Notes: generated by a model from the sequence alone, not told the origin. A stretch of 64,000 bases of DNA from Candidatus Gastranaerophilales bacterium (GCA_944326675.1 CALVET010000040.1:10552-74551), one strand, 5' to 3'. Shown: positions 1-9,875, counted from the stretch's first letter. A program made the numbers and translations.

Positions 1-2096
1 ATAAAAAACAAGCCTATAATTGTGATATAACATACGGTACAAATAATGAATTCGGTTTTGACTATTTAAGAGATAACATGGCGTCTGATATAGACTCTTT
101 AGTTCAAAGACCTTACAACTATGCAATTATAGATGAAGTTGATTCAATTTTAATTGATGAAGCCAGAACTCCTTTGATTATTTCGGGTCGTCTTGAAAAA
201 TCAGCTCAAACTTACCAATTAATGGCAAAAATTGCGCCGTTACTGGAAAAAGATAAGCACTATGAGGTAGATGAAAAAAATAAAAATATAATTTTTACCG
301 AAGAAGGTGTATTAAAAGCAGAAGAATTATTAAAGGTTGATGAACTTTTTGATATGAAAACTCAATATGCTCATCATCTTTTACAAGCACTAAAGGCGAA
401 AGAACTTTTTGTAAAAGATACTGATTATGTAATAAAAGATAATCAAGTAATGATTGTTGATGAATTTACAGGTCGTATTATGGATGGCAGACGCTGGTCT
501 GACGGATTACATCAAGCTATTGAAGCAAAAGAAGGCGTTAAAATTCAAGATGAAACTCAAACATTGGCTTCAATTACATTCCAAAATTTGTTTAGATTAT
601 ATCCTAAGCTTTCAGGCATGACAGGTACTGCAATGACAGAAGAAGCAGAATTTGGAAAAATATATAATCTTCAAGTTACCCAAATCCCAACAAATAAACC
701 GGATAGAAGAATAAATTTTCCGGATGTAATTTATAAAACAAAAGTAAAAAAATACGAATATGTTGCTCGTGAAATTGCGCAAATGGCAAAAATAGGAAGG
801 CCTACATTGGTTGGTACAATATCAATCGAAAAGTCTGAATATTTATCTAATATATTAAAAAAGATGGGTATAAAGCACAATGTTTTAAATGCTAAGCACC
901 ATGAAAAAGAAGCTTATATTATAGCTCAAGCAGGCAGAGTCGGCGCTGTTACCATTGCAACAAACATGGCAGGCAGAGGTACTGATATTTTGCTTGGGGG
1001 TAATGCAGAATATTTGGCAAAAGAAGAGCTTGATAAAAAAGGGATTACAAAAGATAATCCTAATTATGAACAAATAAAAAATGAAGCATTGGAAAAAGCA
1101 AGAAAAATAACTCAAGAAGAACACGATAAAGTTGTTGAACTGGGTGGATTGCATGTAATTGGTACAGAGCGCCATGAATCAAGAAGAATAGACAATCAAT
1201 TAAGAGGTCGTGCGGCTCGTCAGGGCGACCCGGGGTCAACTAAATTTTTCTTATCTTTAGAAGATGATTTAATGAGAATTTTTGGCGGAGAAAAAATCGC
1301 ACATTTAATGACAATGCTGAATGTTGATGATGACACAGCAATTGAAAATCCGCTTATAACCCGTCAAATTGAATCTGCGCAAAAGAAAGTTGAGACATAC
1401 CATTTTGATATAAGAAAATCAGTGCTTGAATATGACGATGTTATGAATATTCAAAGAGAAAAATTCTATTACCAAAGAAGAAAAGTTTTAGCAGCAACTG
1501 ATTTAAGAGATGATATTAAATTTATGATGTTAAAAGAGGTTGATAGAATACTTGCTCAATATATAAGCAAAGACATGTCTCCTCAAGAATATGTTCATGA
1601 TGATTTAGTCATGTTTACTAAAGAATTCGTAAGTGTTTTTCCTCAATTGAAGGATAAAATCAAGGTTGAGGAAATCAAGGATTTAAGAGCAAACGAAATT
1701 TCTCAAAAACTTAAAGATTTAGCGCTTGAATCGTATAAACAATTTGAGCTTGACACAATAAATGATTTTAATTCCGTAATGACAAAATATTATGGAGATG
1801 ATTTTGTAAAACAAGAACCATATACAAAAGATAATATTTTGCGTCATGTTGAAAGAGATATTTTGCTGCAAGTTGTGGATGCAAAATGGATTGATCATTT
1901 AGGTAATATAGACATGTTAAAAGATTCAATCGGTCTTGTTGCATACGGACAAAAAGATCCGTTAATTGAATATAAAAAAGAAGCATATAATCTTTTTAAT
2001 TCTTTAATGGCTGAAATTCAATCTGAAACAATACAACACCTGTTTAGAGCGAAATTTGGCGTGCAAGTCTATGAAGAACAAAATGAATTAGGCTAA
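1..2096 (+). CDS. secA: Preprotein translocase ATPase SecA (5' end outside window)
   Basis: Frame is open from nt 3 (KKQAYNCDITYGTNNEFGFDYLRDNM...), so the true start lies upstream of the window. SecA blocks TNMAGRGTDI and GLHVIGTERHESRRIDNQLRGRAARQGDPG are present. TAA stop at 2094-2096. Confidence 0.97.
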   Translation, partial: KKQAYNCDITYGTNNEFGFDYLRDNMASDIDSLVQRPYNYAIIDEVDSILIDEARTPLIISGRLEKSAQTYQLMAKIAPLLEKDKHYEVDEKNKNIIFTEEGVLKAEELLKVDELFDMKTQYAHHLLQALKAKELFVKDTDYVIKDNQVMIVDEFTGRIMDGRRWSDGLHQAIEAKEGVKIQDETQTLASITFQNLFRLYPKLSGMTGTAMTEEAEFGKIYNLQVTQIPTNKPDRRINFPDVIYKTKVKKYEYVAREIAQMAKIGRPTLVGTISIEKSEYLSNILKKMGIKHNVLNAKHHEKEAYIIAQAGRVGAVTIATNMAGRGTDILLGGNAEYLAKEELDKKGITKDNPNYEQIKNEALEKARKITQEEHDKVVELGGLHVIGTERHESRRIDNQLRGRAARQGDPGSTKFFLSLEDDLMRIFGGEKIAHLMTMLNVDDDTAIENPLITRQIESAQKKVETYHFDIRKSVLEYDDVMNIQREKFYYQRRKVLAATDLRDDIKFMMLKEVDRILAQYISKDMSPQEYVHDDLVMFTKEFVSVFPQLKDKIKVEEIKDLRANEISQKLKDLALESYKQFELDTINDFNSVMTKYYGDDFVKQEPYTKDNILRHVERDILLQVVDAKWIDHLGNIDMLKDSIGLVAYGQKDPLIEYKKEAYNLFNSLMAEIQSETIQHLFRAKFGVQVYEEQNELG

Positions 2097-2162
2097 TTTA
2101 GGCAATTTTTTTATTGTTTTGGTTTTATTAGATTACGTCTTATTGAATTTGGTGTGCGTTAA

Positions 2163-3113
2163 ATGATTGAAAAGGTTACAAATAATCCTCTAAAAGCGGA
2201 ATTATTGCCATATAGTGTATATGGTTCAAAATCGCGCAATCAAAATCAAAGCAAAAATCAAAACCAAAAAGAGCGTCAAAAATTCGATGAATTCGATAAG
2301 GATGAAAATAAAACAAACCCTTTTGATGGTGAATCAAATAAAAAAGATAATAAAATTCAAGAATATTTTAATCAAAGATATGCAAAAATTAATACAGATA
2401 TAAAAGACGTCGTATTAAGAATTTCAAAAAAATCTAAATATGCTCAAGCTGTTGATAGTGCAATAATTGATTCTCAAGCTTTGGTGGCAAGATATTTATA
2501 TAATAAAACACTGCCTTGTGATGAGGATAAAATTTTTAAATTTTCACAAAAAGATGCTTATTGTTCAATAGAGGTGTTTGATAAGCTCAATAACCCGTTA
2601 TTAAAGGTTGATTTTACAAAAAGTTCAATTATAAAAATAAAAACTTATTTTGAGAGTTTTTATTTTGAGATAGATATAAAAAAAGAAAACATACTAAACA
2701 GAATTTTAGGAAATAGCAAAATAAAACTTGCTAAGTGTCAAAAAAAAGATTTACAAGGCAATTTGCTGGAAGAAATTTATTATTCTTCCGGCGGACAAAT
2801 TGAAAGATATTTATCTTATAACAGTGGAAAACTTCAATCTGAGATTTGCTTTGATTTATCTATAGCTCATTTTAGACCCGATTACAAAGAAGAACTAATT
2901 CCTCTAAAATATTCACTATATGATATAAATAACGAACATAAACTTGAAAATCTGCTTTATACCTATTGTTTACCAAACAAATATCAACAATATAACAATA
3001 CAACAGGCAAAATCGTTAAATCTTTTACTTTGCAAGGTTTAAAGTCAAAAGTTGTTAAATATGCATTTTTCAACAGCATTAACGGACAAATGACCGCTTG
3101 CGGAAGCTTATAG
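2163..3113 (+). CDS. Hypothetical protein with N/Q/K-rich N-terminal low-complexity tract
   Basis: 316-aa ORF with an ATG start. Contains an NQNQSKNQNQK tract. No family recognised by eye. Confidence 0.5.
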   Translation: MIEKVTNNPLKAELLPYSVYGSKSRNQNQSKNQNQKERQKFDEFDKDENKTNPFDGESNKKDNKIQEYFNQRYAKINTDIKDVVLRISKKSKYAQAVDSAIIDSQALVARYLYNKTLPCDEDKIFKFSQKDAYCSIEVFDKLNNPLLKVDFTKSSIIKIKTYFESFYFEIDIKKENILNRILGNSKIKLAKCQKKDLQGNLLEEIYYSSGGQIERYLSYNSGKLQSEICFDLSIAHFRPDYKEELIPLKYSLYDINNEHKLENLLYTYCLPNKYQQYNNTTGKIVKSFTLQGLKSKVVKYAFFNSINGQMTACGSL

Positions 3114-4238
3114 GTATTTTTGTCTTATAGTTTTGTCGGCTTCAAAAATTTCTTCTAAAGTAGGATTTATAATGTTTTTGGCATTTTCAACTTCGCTAAA
3201 AATGATTTTTTCTATATCAAGGAAATTAATTTTGCCGTTTAGAAATTTATACACTGCTACTTCGTTTGCTGCATTTAGTATTGCAGGCATGAGTCCGCCT
3301 TTTTTCCCGCATTCAACGGTTAATTTTAAAAGAGGGAATTTTTCAAAATCGGGTTCAAGAAATTCAAGTTTTTTGTTATAGATATTAAAGCTGTTGGTTT
3401 TTATTCCTTCAAATCTTTCCGGGTAACTAAGTGCATATTGAATAGGAATGTGCATTGAAGGCACCCCCATTTGTGCCAAAAATGAGCCGTCACAAAATTC
3501 AACAAGCGAATGAACTATGCTTTGCGGATGTATAACAACTTTAATATTGTCGTAATTAAAATCATAAAGATGGTGAGCTTCAATGACTTCAAGCCCTTTG
3601 TTTACAAGTGTAGCGCAATCAATTGTGATTTTTTTACCCATCATCCATCTTGGGTGCTTAAGGGCTTCTTTGGCTGAAAAATCAGCCATTTCTTCTCTTG
3701 TATTATTTAAAAAAGGTCCGCCTGATGCTGTAATCCATAGGTTTTTAGCGTAAGGATTATCTTTTTTAGCTAAACATTGCAAAATAGCAGAATGTTCCGA
3801 ATCAATCGGAATTATTGAAACATTGTTTTCTTTTGCTTTTTTCATAACAATATCGCCTGCCATGACAAGAGTTTCTTTGTTTGCAAGAGTAATTGTTTTT
3901 TTATTTTCAATTGCTTTTATTGTAGCTTTTACAGAAACTATTCCGCTTGTTGCAACGGTTAAAATGTCGGCTTCCGGAATACTTGCAAGTTCATAAAGTC
4001 CTTCTTCGCCAAAAAAGAATTTAATTTGGCCGAATTCTTTTTGAAGTTCTTTCATGTCATCAAAGTCTGCTACGCTGACATATTTTGGCTTAAATTTTAT
4101 TATTTGTTCTTTTAAAAGTTTAATATTTTTCCCTGCAGCAAGGGCTAAAATGTTAAACTTATCTTTTAATTTTTCAACTACTTCCAGTGTTTGCGTGCCG
4201 ATTGAGCCTGTTGAACCCAATAATACTATATTTTTCAT
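3108..4238 (-). CDS. dxr: 1-deoxy-D-xylulose 5-phosphate reductoisomerase
   Basis: N-terminal LLGSTGSIGTQTLEV NADPH-binding block, plus LANKETLV and DSEHSAI. Length (376 aa) is typical of Dxr. Confidence 0.95.
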   Translation of the reverse strand: MKNIVLLGSTGSIGTQTLEVVEKLKDKFNILALAAGKNIKLLKEQIIKFKPKYVSVADFDDMKELQKEFGQIKFFFGEEGLYELASIPEADILTVATSGIVSVKATIKAIENKKTITLANKETLVMAGDIVMKKAKENNVSIIPIDSEHSAILQCLAKKDNPYAKNLWITASGGPFLNNTREEMADFSAKEALKHPRWMMGKKITIDCATLVNKGLEVIEAHHLYDFNYDNIKVVIHPQSIVHSLVEFCDGSFLAQMGVPSMHIPIQYALSYPERFEGIKTNSFNIYNKKLEFLEPDFEKFPLLKLTVECGKKGGLMPAILNAANEVAVYKFLNGKINFLDIEKIIFSEVENAKNIINPTLEEIFEADKTIRQKYL

Positions 4239-4240
4239 GG

Positions 4241-4564
4241 TTAATTATTTTCTTTTAAACTTTCTTGTTTAATAAAATCACACATTGTTTGAAGACGAGT
4301 ATCTTCAGTTTTTTCCATAAATTCATCAATATTTTTAACTTTGCCCAGTTTTAGCGCTAATTCGTATAATAAAACACAATCGTTACAAAGTCTGTATTTT
4401 GAGTATTGAATTGAGCCTGCAAGGGGCATGTCTTTTGCACAAGCGCTGCAAGTGAATAATTCAAATTCGCTATCAGGATTTTCTTCAATGTCATCCAATT
4501 TCATTTGATAAATCACTTCTTGCATGTCGCTTGCTATTTTTTTATTGTTTTCCATTGTCTTCAC
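4241..4564 (-). CDS. Small hypothetical protein with a 4-Cys zinc-ribbon-like motif
   Basis: 107-aa ORF between the 4542-4901 ORF and dxr on the same strand. Contains CSAC...CNDC. Start is uncertain because in-frame Met codons also occur at 4555 and 4525. Confidence 0.5.
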   Translation of the reverse strand: MKTMENNKKIASDMQEVIYQMKLDDIEENPDSEFELFTCSACAKDMPLAGSIQYSKYRLCNDCVLLYELALKLGKVKNIDEFMEKTEDTRLQTMCDFIKQESLKENN

Positions 4565-4901
4565 TTAAACTACAATATATACCCTGCATTATATTTTGAA
4601 AATCTTCATCTTGCAAGCAAGAAGCACTTTTAAAAATTCTGGCGATAGGGAGGTTTTTATCGTACCATCTTCTTTTATAGCCTTGCGAAAATAACCCTAC
4701 AACTCTGTCGACTCCAAGGCTTATTGGTGTTGACTGGGTTAATTCTCTTGAATTTATTTTGATGGTTTCGATTATTTTTAAAACTTCTCTTGCGATATCA
4801 TAGTGTGATTGCAAAGATAATTGTTTTAAAATATCTAAAACTCCGTCTGCATAAGGTTTTGAGTCATACCATCTTTTATAGGTGTAGTTTTTATTTTCCA
4901 T
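4542..4901 (-). CDS. Hypothetical protein with duplicated [KR]RWYD motif
   Basis: 119-aa ORF. YKRWYDSKPY near the N-terminus is repeated as YKRRWYDKNLP. A TTGCAA-17nt-TAGAAT promoter-like pair sits just upstream on the minus strand (4933-4938 and 4910-4915). Confidence 0.5.
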   Translation of the reverse strand: MENKNYTYKRWYDSKPYADGVLDILKQLSLQSHYDIAREVLKIIETIKINSRELTQSTPISLGVDRVVGLFSQGYKRRWYDKNLPIARIFKSASCLQDEDFQNIMQGIYCSLSEDNGKQ

Positions 4902-4952
4902 ATATTTAAATTCTAAACTTTTGTTTTTTGTTTTGCAATTTTGTAAATAAAT

Positions 4953-6041
4953 TTAAATTTTAATAAATTCGCAAAGCACTTCATTTGATAACAAAATGCC
5001 CTTTTGCGTTAGTTTAACTCCTTTTTTTGTTTTTTCCATCAGATTTAAGGCTAGGAATTTTTCAAATTCTTTTTTATAAATTTCATATATGTTTATATTA
5101 TATTTTGAATTGATTTTTAAAAAATCTATTCCTTTTGTCAGTCTTAATCCAAGGAAAATTTCCTCTTCTATTTTATTTTCTTTTGATAAAATTTCATATT
5201 CTTTTTTATAGGGGTTATTGATATAGTCTTTTAGATTAAAAGTGTTAGTGTATCTTTTGTTTTCAATGTAGCCGCTTGCAGAAACACCAAAACCGTAATA
5301 ATTTTCACAATGCCAGTATGCACTGTTGTGTTTTGAAAAATAATTTTCATTTTTTGCAAAGTTTGAAAATTCATAGTGGATATATTTTTCTTTTAATTTT
5401 TCAATTGCTATTTCATACATTTTTGCTTGCGTTTCGTCATCTGCGATATTTTTGGGCGGATACTTATAAAAGTAGCTTCCTTTTTCGATTTTTAATCCAT
5501 ATAAAGAAATATGAGAAGAATCTGTTTTAATTGCCTTATTTAGGGTGTTTATCCAGTTATTTATGTCTTGATTTGGCAGACCGTAAATTAAATCAATACT
5601 ATAATTATCAAAGCCTGCTTTTTTGATATTTTCTATAACTTCAATGGCTTCGAGTGTTGTGTGTGTTCTTCCTATTAGGTTTAAAATTTCATCGTCAAAA
5701 CTTTGTATGCCGACTGAAATTCTATTTATTCCAATGCTTTTATAATCTTTTAACTTTTCCTTTGAAATATTGTGAGGATTTATTTCTATTGTGATTTCAG
5801 TATTTGAATTAAAATTAAAATTTGAAAGAATTTTTTCTATATCTTGAATTTCTAATAAAGACGGCGTACCGCCCCCAAAATAAATTGTTTTTTGAGGGTC
5901 GTTTTTGTAAAAAAACTTAATCTCTTTAATAAGAGAATTTATATATTCATCTTTTAGTTTTAGCAAGCTAAATGAGCAAAAAGAGCAATATTTGCATTTT
6001 TTTTCGCAAAAAGGAATGTGTATATAGGTACAATTTATCAT
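4953..6041 (-). CDS. hemW: Radical SAM HemW/HemN-family protein (heme chaperone / coproporphyrinogen oxidase-like)
   Basis: YIHIPFCEKKCKYCSF is the CxxxCxxC radical SAM motif, and GGGTPS follows. I place the start at ATG 6041 (MINCTYIHIPFC), which matches HemW N-termini. The ORF-track start at 6104 is a TTG extension. Confidence 0.85.
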   Translation of the reverse strand: MINCTYIHIPFCEKKCKYCSFCSFSLLKLKDEYINSLIKEIKFFYKNDPQKTIYFGGGTPSLLEIQDIEKILSNFNFNSNTEITIEINPHNISKEKLKDYKSIGINRISVGIQSFDDEILNLIGRTHTTLEAIEVIENIKKAGFDNYSIDLIYGLPNQDINNWINTLNKAIKTDSSHISLYGLKIEKGSYFYKYPPKNIADDETQAKMYEIAIEKLKEKYIHYEFSNFAKNENYFSKHNSAYWHCENYYGFGVSASGYIENKRYTNTFNLKDYINNPYKKEYEILSKENKIEEEIFLGLRLTKGIDFLKINSKYNINIYEIYKKEFEKFLALNLMEKTKKGVKLTQKGILLSNEVLCEFIKI

Positions 6042-6055
6042 TTTTACATTATAAT

Positions 6056-7117
6056 ATGAATATGAGTTATATGATGGAAGATGAAATAAATTCTCAAGCT
6101 TCAATTATAGAGAATTTAATTAATCGCTATATTTTAAATTACTGTGTTTTAGTTGATATTCCTTTGGATATTAAAAGAATTGTTCTTGTTGCGAGCGGTT
6201 CATCATATAATGCAGCTGTATTTGGAAAATATTTTTTTGAAAATATATCAAATGTTGAAGCGAGCTGTGAATATGCTTCTGAGTTTGCACATTCTTGTTT
6301 TATGAATTTGGATAAAAATGCTCTTTATGTATTTATAAGCCAGTCAGGAAACAGCATAGATACAGTTTTGGCGATGGAAAAAGTTAAAGAGCATAATTTA
6401 AAAACGCTTTGTATAACTAATAATAAAAATTCAAAATTATATAATGAATGTGATTATAAGCTTGATATTGAAGCCGGCAGGGAAAATGCCATTGCTGCAA
6501 CAAAAACATTTGGTGCAAGCGTTGTTATGCTTTGGTTAATTGCTCTTAAAATTGCCCAAAATAACAAAGTTGATATTTCTTCTCATATTGAAAATATTAG
6601 TTTAGTGAAAAAAAATATTGAAAATACTCTTTTGAATATTGAAAATATAGATGTAGTATCAAAAGTTTTATCTAAGCAAGACGGATTTTCGATTTGCGGT
6701 TTTAATAAATATTTCCCTTTAGCACTTGAAGCTGCGCTAAAAATTAAAGAAACTTGTTATATTAATACTTGTCCATACCCTTTAGGCGAATTTATCCATG
6801 GACATTTTGCGGTATTAAATAAGTCAAAGTATTTTTTGATTTTCTTAACGAGTGATTGCACAAATATAGAGCGTAATTTGCTAAAGAAAATTATAAAAAC
6901 ATATAAAATAAAATCAATTGTAGTATCTGATGAATATGAAGATTATGATTGCGATATGCTGCTTAAATTTCCGAAATGTCAGTCAAAAATTGCAACAATT
7001 GTGAGTATGATTATTGTTGTTCAAATGCTGGCTTTAAAAATGGCATTAAGGTTGAGAAGAAATGTTGACAAACCGCAAGGGTTAAATAAAGTAGTAGATG
7101 ACAAGGATTTAAAATAA
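6056..7117 (+). CDS. Two-SIS-domain sugar-phosphate isomerase (GlmS isomerase-half-like, no glutaminase domain)
   Basis: LVASGSSYNAA and FISQSGNSIDT SIS blocks. The C-terminus VDKPQGLNKVV resembles the GlmS C-terminus. Start is ambiguous among ATGs at 6056, 6062, 6071 and 6074; upstream ORF-track residues overlap hemW. Confidence 0.7.
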   Translation: MNMSYMMEDEINSQASIIENLINRYILNYCVLVDIPLDIKRIVLVASGSSYNAAVFGKYFFENISNVEASCEYASEFAHSCFMNLDKNALYVFISQSGNSIDTVLAMEKVKEHNLKTLCITNNKNSKLYNECDYKLDIEAGRENAIAATKTFGASVVMLWLIALKIAQNNKVDISSHIENISLVKKNIENTLLNIENIDVVSKVLSKQDGFSICGFNKYFPLALEAALKIKETCYINTCPYPLGEFIHGHFAVLNKSKYFLIFLTSDCTNIERNLLKKIIKTYKIKSIVVSDEYEDYDCDMLLKFPKCQSKIATIVSMIIVVQMLALKMALRLRRNVDKPQGLNKVVDDKDLK

Positions 7118-7897
7118 GTGAACGTTATAGTTTGTATAAAACAGGTTCCTGATGTAGATGATATTAAATGGACAAAGGAAAATAATTTAGACAGAAGTAA
7201 TATGTTGTCTAAAATAAATCCTTATGATGAATATGCGCTTGATTTTGCAGTTAGATTGAAATCAAAATTTAAAGAAGCTAAAGTTATTGCAATTTCAATG
7301 GGTCCAAAACAAGCGCAGGATATTTTAAATTATGCCTTAGCAAAAGGAGCAGACAGAGCAATTTTATTATCTGATAAAGCTTTTGCAGGTTCAGACACAT
7401 TAGCAACAGCAAAAATTTTAGCTGCCGCAATTAAAAAATATTGTCCTGATTTTAGTTTAATATTAACGGGTCAAATGGCCGTAGATGGGGATACTCAGCA
7501 AGTGCCTTTAAGTTTAGCGCAGTTGTTAAAAATTCCTGAATTAACAAATGTGTTTGAGATACGAAATGCTGACAAAAATCAGGCAATAGTTTCTCTGAAG
7601 CTTGCTTCAGTGGTTAATATTTATGAAATTGTGACACCTTGCATATTAGCGCTTAATCATCAATGCGAACAAAGTTATATTCCCAAAATAGATGATTATA
7701 TAAGGGCGCAAAATATTCCGATAGAGGAATACAGTCTTCACGATATAGGATTGGATAAAAATGAAGTAGGAGTAATTGGCTCTCCTACAATGGTATATAG
7801 GGCATATAGACCCGAAACAGTTAAAGATACAAAAGAAATAAAAGAAGATTACGCAAAAAGAATTTTGGATTTTTTATTAAAGGTTGATAATAAATGA
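7118..7897 (+). CDS. etfB: Electron transfer flavoprotein beta subunit
   Basis: GTG start directly after the SIS gene stop. MNVIVCIKQVPD N-terminus and 259 aa are typical of EtfB. Confidence 0.9.
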   Translation: MNVIVCIKQVPDVDDIKWTKENNLDRSNMLSKINPYDEYALDFAVRLKSKFKEAKVIAISMGPKQAQDILNYALAKGADRAILLSDKAFAGSDTLATAKILAAAIKKYCPDFSLILTGQMAVDGDTQQVPLSLAQLLKIPELTNVFEIRNADKNQAIVSLKLASVVNIYEIVTPCILALNHQCEQSYIPKIDDYIRAQNIPIEEYSLHDIGLDKNEVGVIGSPTMVYRAYRPETVKDTKEIKEDYAKRILDFLLKVDNK

Positions 7898-8919
7898 AAA
7901 AAATATCAGTATTTGGTGAAATAAATTTAAAAGATAATAAAATAGAACAGGTTTCATTTGAACTAATAAGTAAGGCAAAAAGCCTTGCTTTTGAAGCTGA
8001 AAAATTAAAACAAGGAGTCAATTATTTGGTTGAGGCTGTTTTTATTGCTTCATATTTGGTAGATGATGAAATTAAAAAAGCATACAAGGCCGGTGCTGAT
8101 AGAGTTGTTTTAATAAAAGACAGTGTTTTTGATGAGTTTTATTCTACTGTTTATGCTAATGCTTTTTTGGAATATTTTGAAAAAAAACCTTCTGAGGTTC
8201 TGCTTTTCCCTGCAACAATAAAAGGACGTGCAGTTGCCCCAAGGGTTACAGTGCAGTTAGATACAGGACTTGTGGCTGATTGTACAGAGGCAGAATTTAT
8301 TCTAAAAAATGATAATTTATTTTTTGCTCCCACAAGACCGACGTTTGGCTCTGAGCTAATGGCAACGATATTATCAAAAAAAATGCCCTATTGCGCAACA
8401 ATTCGTCCCGGTGTTTTTAAATCGGAATTTAAATATCAAGATAGCGGTGAGTTTGAGGAGTATATTCCTGTTTCATATCATGAAGACAGAATTAAATTAA
8501 TCAGTTCAAATTCTGAAAAAAACAGAGAATCGGTTGATTTTTCTTCTGCAAAGGTGGTATTGTGCGGCGGATATGGGCTGTGCGAAAATAAAAGTGATGA
8601 GTATTATAAAAAACTAAAAAAAATAGCAAAAATTACCGATTCAAATTTTGCGGTTACAAGAAAAGTTGTTGATTTTAATTTAGCTGAATCAAAATATCAA
8701 ATAGGCCAGACCGGTTCATCAACTCAACCAAAACTTTATGTTGCTTTTGGAGTTTCAGGGGCAATTCAACATATTCAGGGGATGAAAAATTCAAAAACAA
8801 TTGTCGGAATAAATATCGATGAAAACGCCGATATATTTAAGTATTGCGATTATAAAATAGTGGCTGACGCCAAAAAAGTTATTGATGATTTGTTGGATTA
8901 TTTTGATATTAAACAATAA
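7894..8919 (+). CDS. etfA: Electron transfer flavoprotein alpha subunit
   Basis: ATGA overlap with etfB. The C-terminal FAD block GQTGSSTQPKLYVAFGVSGAIQHIQGMKNSKTIVGINID is present. Confidence 0.9.
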   Translation: MKKISVFGEINLKDNKIEQVSFELISKAKSLAFEAEKLKQGVNYLVEAVFIASYLVDDEIKKAYKAGADRVVLIKDSVFDEFYSTVYANAFLEYFEKKPSEVLLFPATIKGRAVAPRVTVQLDTGLVADCTEAEFILKNDNLFFAPTRPTFGSELMATILSKKMPYCATIRPGVFKSEFKYQDSGEFEEYIPVSYHEDRIKLISSNSEKNRESVDFSSAKVVLCGGYGLCENKSDEYYKKLKKIAKITDSNFAVTRKVVDFNLAESKYQIGQTGSSTQPKLYVAFGVSGAIQHIQGMKNSKTIVGINIDENADIFKYCDYKIVADAKKVIDDLLDYFDIKQ

Positions 8920-8924
8920 AAAAA

Positions 8925-8990
8925 AGCCGTCATAAGGCGGCTACTAGACTTGGGGAGGAGGTTTTGAGAAGGAGTCTTGCTCCTTTTCAA
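8925..8990 (+). terminator. Two hairpins downstream of etfA; the second has a short T tract
   Basis: First hairpin is AGCCGT/GCGGCT (8925-8942). Second is AAGGAG-tcttg-CTCCTT followed by TTC (8969-8988). Confidence 0.45.
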
Positions 8991-9115
8991 ATTTGTATAT
9001 TATTTTTTTCGTCTGCTAAAAATTTTGCTTTAGAATTATTTTCTTAATTTCCTCTATATGTACGAAAATTTAAAAATCTATGATTTATAATAGCCGTATT
9101 TGCTAAAATTAAACT

Positions 9116-9865
9116 ATGAAGAAAGTATTTGTCTTTGGTATATTAATTTGTTTATTGTGCTTTTTTTGCAGTGCAAATGCTGCTACCACAAAGAAAAAGA
9201 AGCCAAAAACAAAACATAAGATAGAATTTGTAACAAAAGATAAGCATATTTTGGTTGGAGATTTATATATTGCATCTCCTCCTACTAATAAACCGCTTGT
9301 TGTAATGTTACATTCATTTTCTTTAAATGCGCTGAGCTGGCAGCCTATAGCACAGGCTTTGCGTCTTAAAGGTTATAATGTTTTAGCAATGGATTTAAGA
9401 GGGCACTCAAGAAGTGTATATAATGAAAAATTAAAAATTAAATCCAGATTTAAATTTACAAATGAAGATTGGCAAAAATTACCAAATGATGTTTTAGAAT
9501 CTATTGCATATATAAAATCTAATTACCCTAAAATAAATACAAACGATACAATTTTTGTGGGTGCTGATATTGGAGCCAGCGCAGGAATTATAGCGGGAAG
9601 TACAATGAAAAATAAACCCCAAAAATTTGTTATAATATCTCCTATGTTGAATTTTAAGGGTCTATATATACCAATAAAAATTGCAAGTTATACAAATACA
9701 AAATTTTTAGTAATACTATCAAAAAGTGATAAGATATTATTCAATTTTTATTCTGCAACAAAACCCGTAATAATTACATATCCGAGAGGCGGACCGGGTA
9801 ATCAGCTTCTTAAGGTTAACCCTCAGAGCACAAATGATATTGTTAACTTTATAGTAAATAATTAA
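9116..9865 (+). CDS. Secreted alpha/beta-hydrolase-fold protein with atypical catalytic residues
   Basis: N-terminal signal-peptide-like segment MKKVFVFGILICLLCFFCSANA. Fold block LHSFSLNALSW...GYNVLAMDLRGHSRS. The nucleophile elbow reads VGADIGAS. Confidence 0.7.
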   Translation: MKKVFVFGILICLLCFFCSANAATTKKKKPKTKHKIEFVTKDKHILVGDLYIASPPTNKPLVVMLHSFSLNALSWQPIAQALRLKGYNVLAMDLRGHSRSVYNEKLKIKSRFKFTNEDWQKLPNDVLESIAYIKSNYPKINTNDTIFVGADIGASAGIIAGSTMKNKPQKFVIISPMLNFKGLYIPIKIASYTNTKFLVILSKSDKILFNFYSATKPVIITYPRGGPGNQLLKVNPQSTNDIVNFIVNN

Positions 9866-9875
9866 ACACACAAAA

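Noticed and set aside
6042-6104. Longer hemW ORF starting at TTG 6104, and longer SIS ORF starting at 5972. The two overlap head to head.
   Set aside because: The extensions are mutually overlapping and have no RBS. Family N-termini align with ATG 6041 (hemW) and ATGs at 6056-6074 (SIS).
8925-8990. The relatively GC-rich segment after etfA (GGCGGCTACTAGACTTGGGGAGGAGGTTTTGAGAAGGAGTCTTGCTCC) as a small structured RNA.
   Set aside because: It resolves into two simple hairpins consistent with tandem terminators. I have no evidence for a promoter or for conserved structure.
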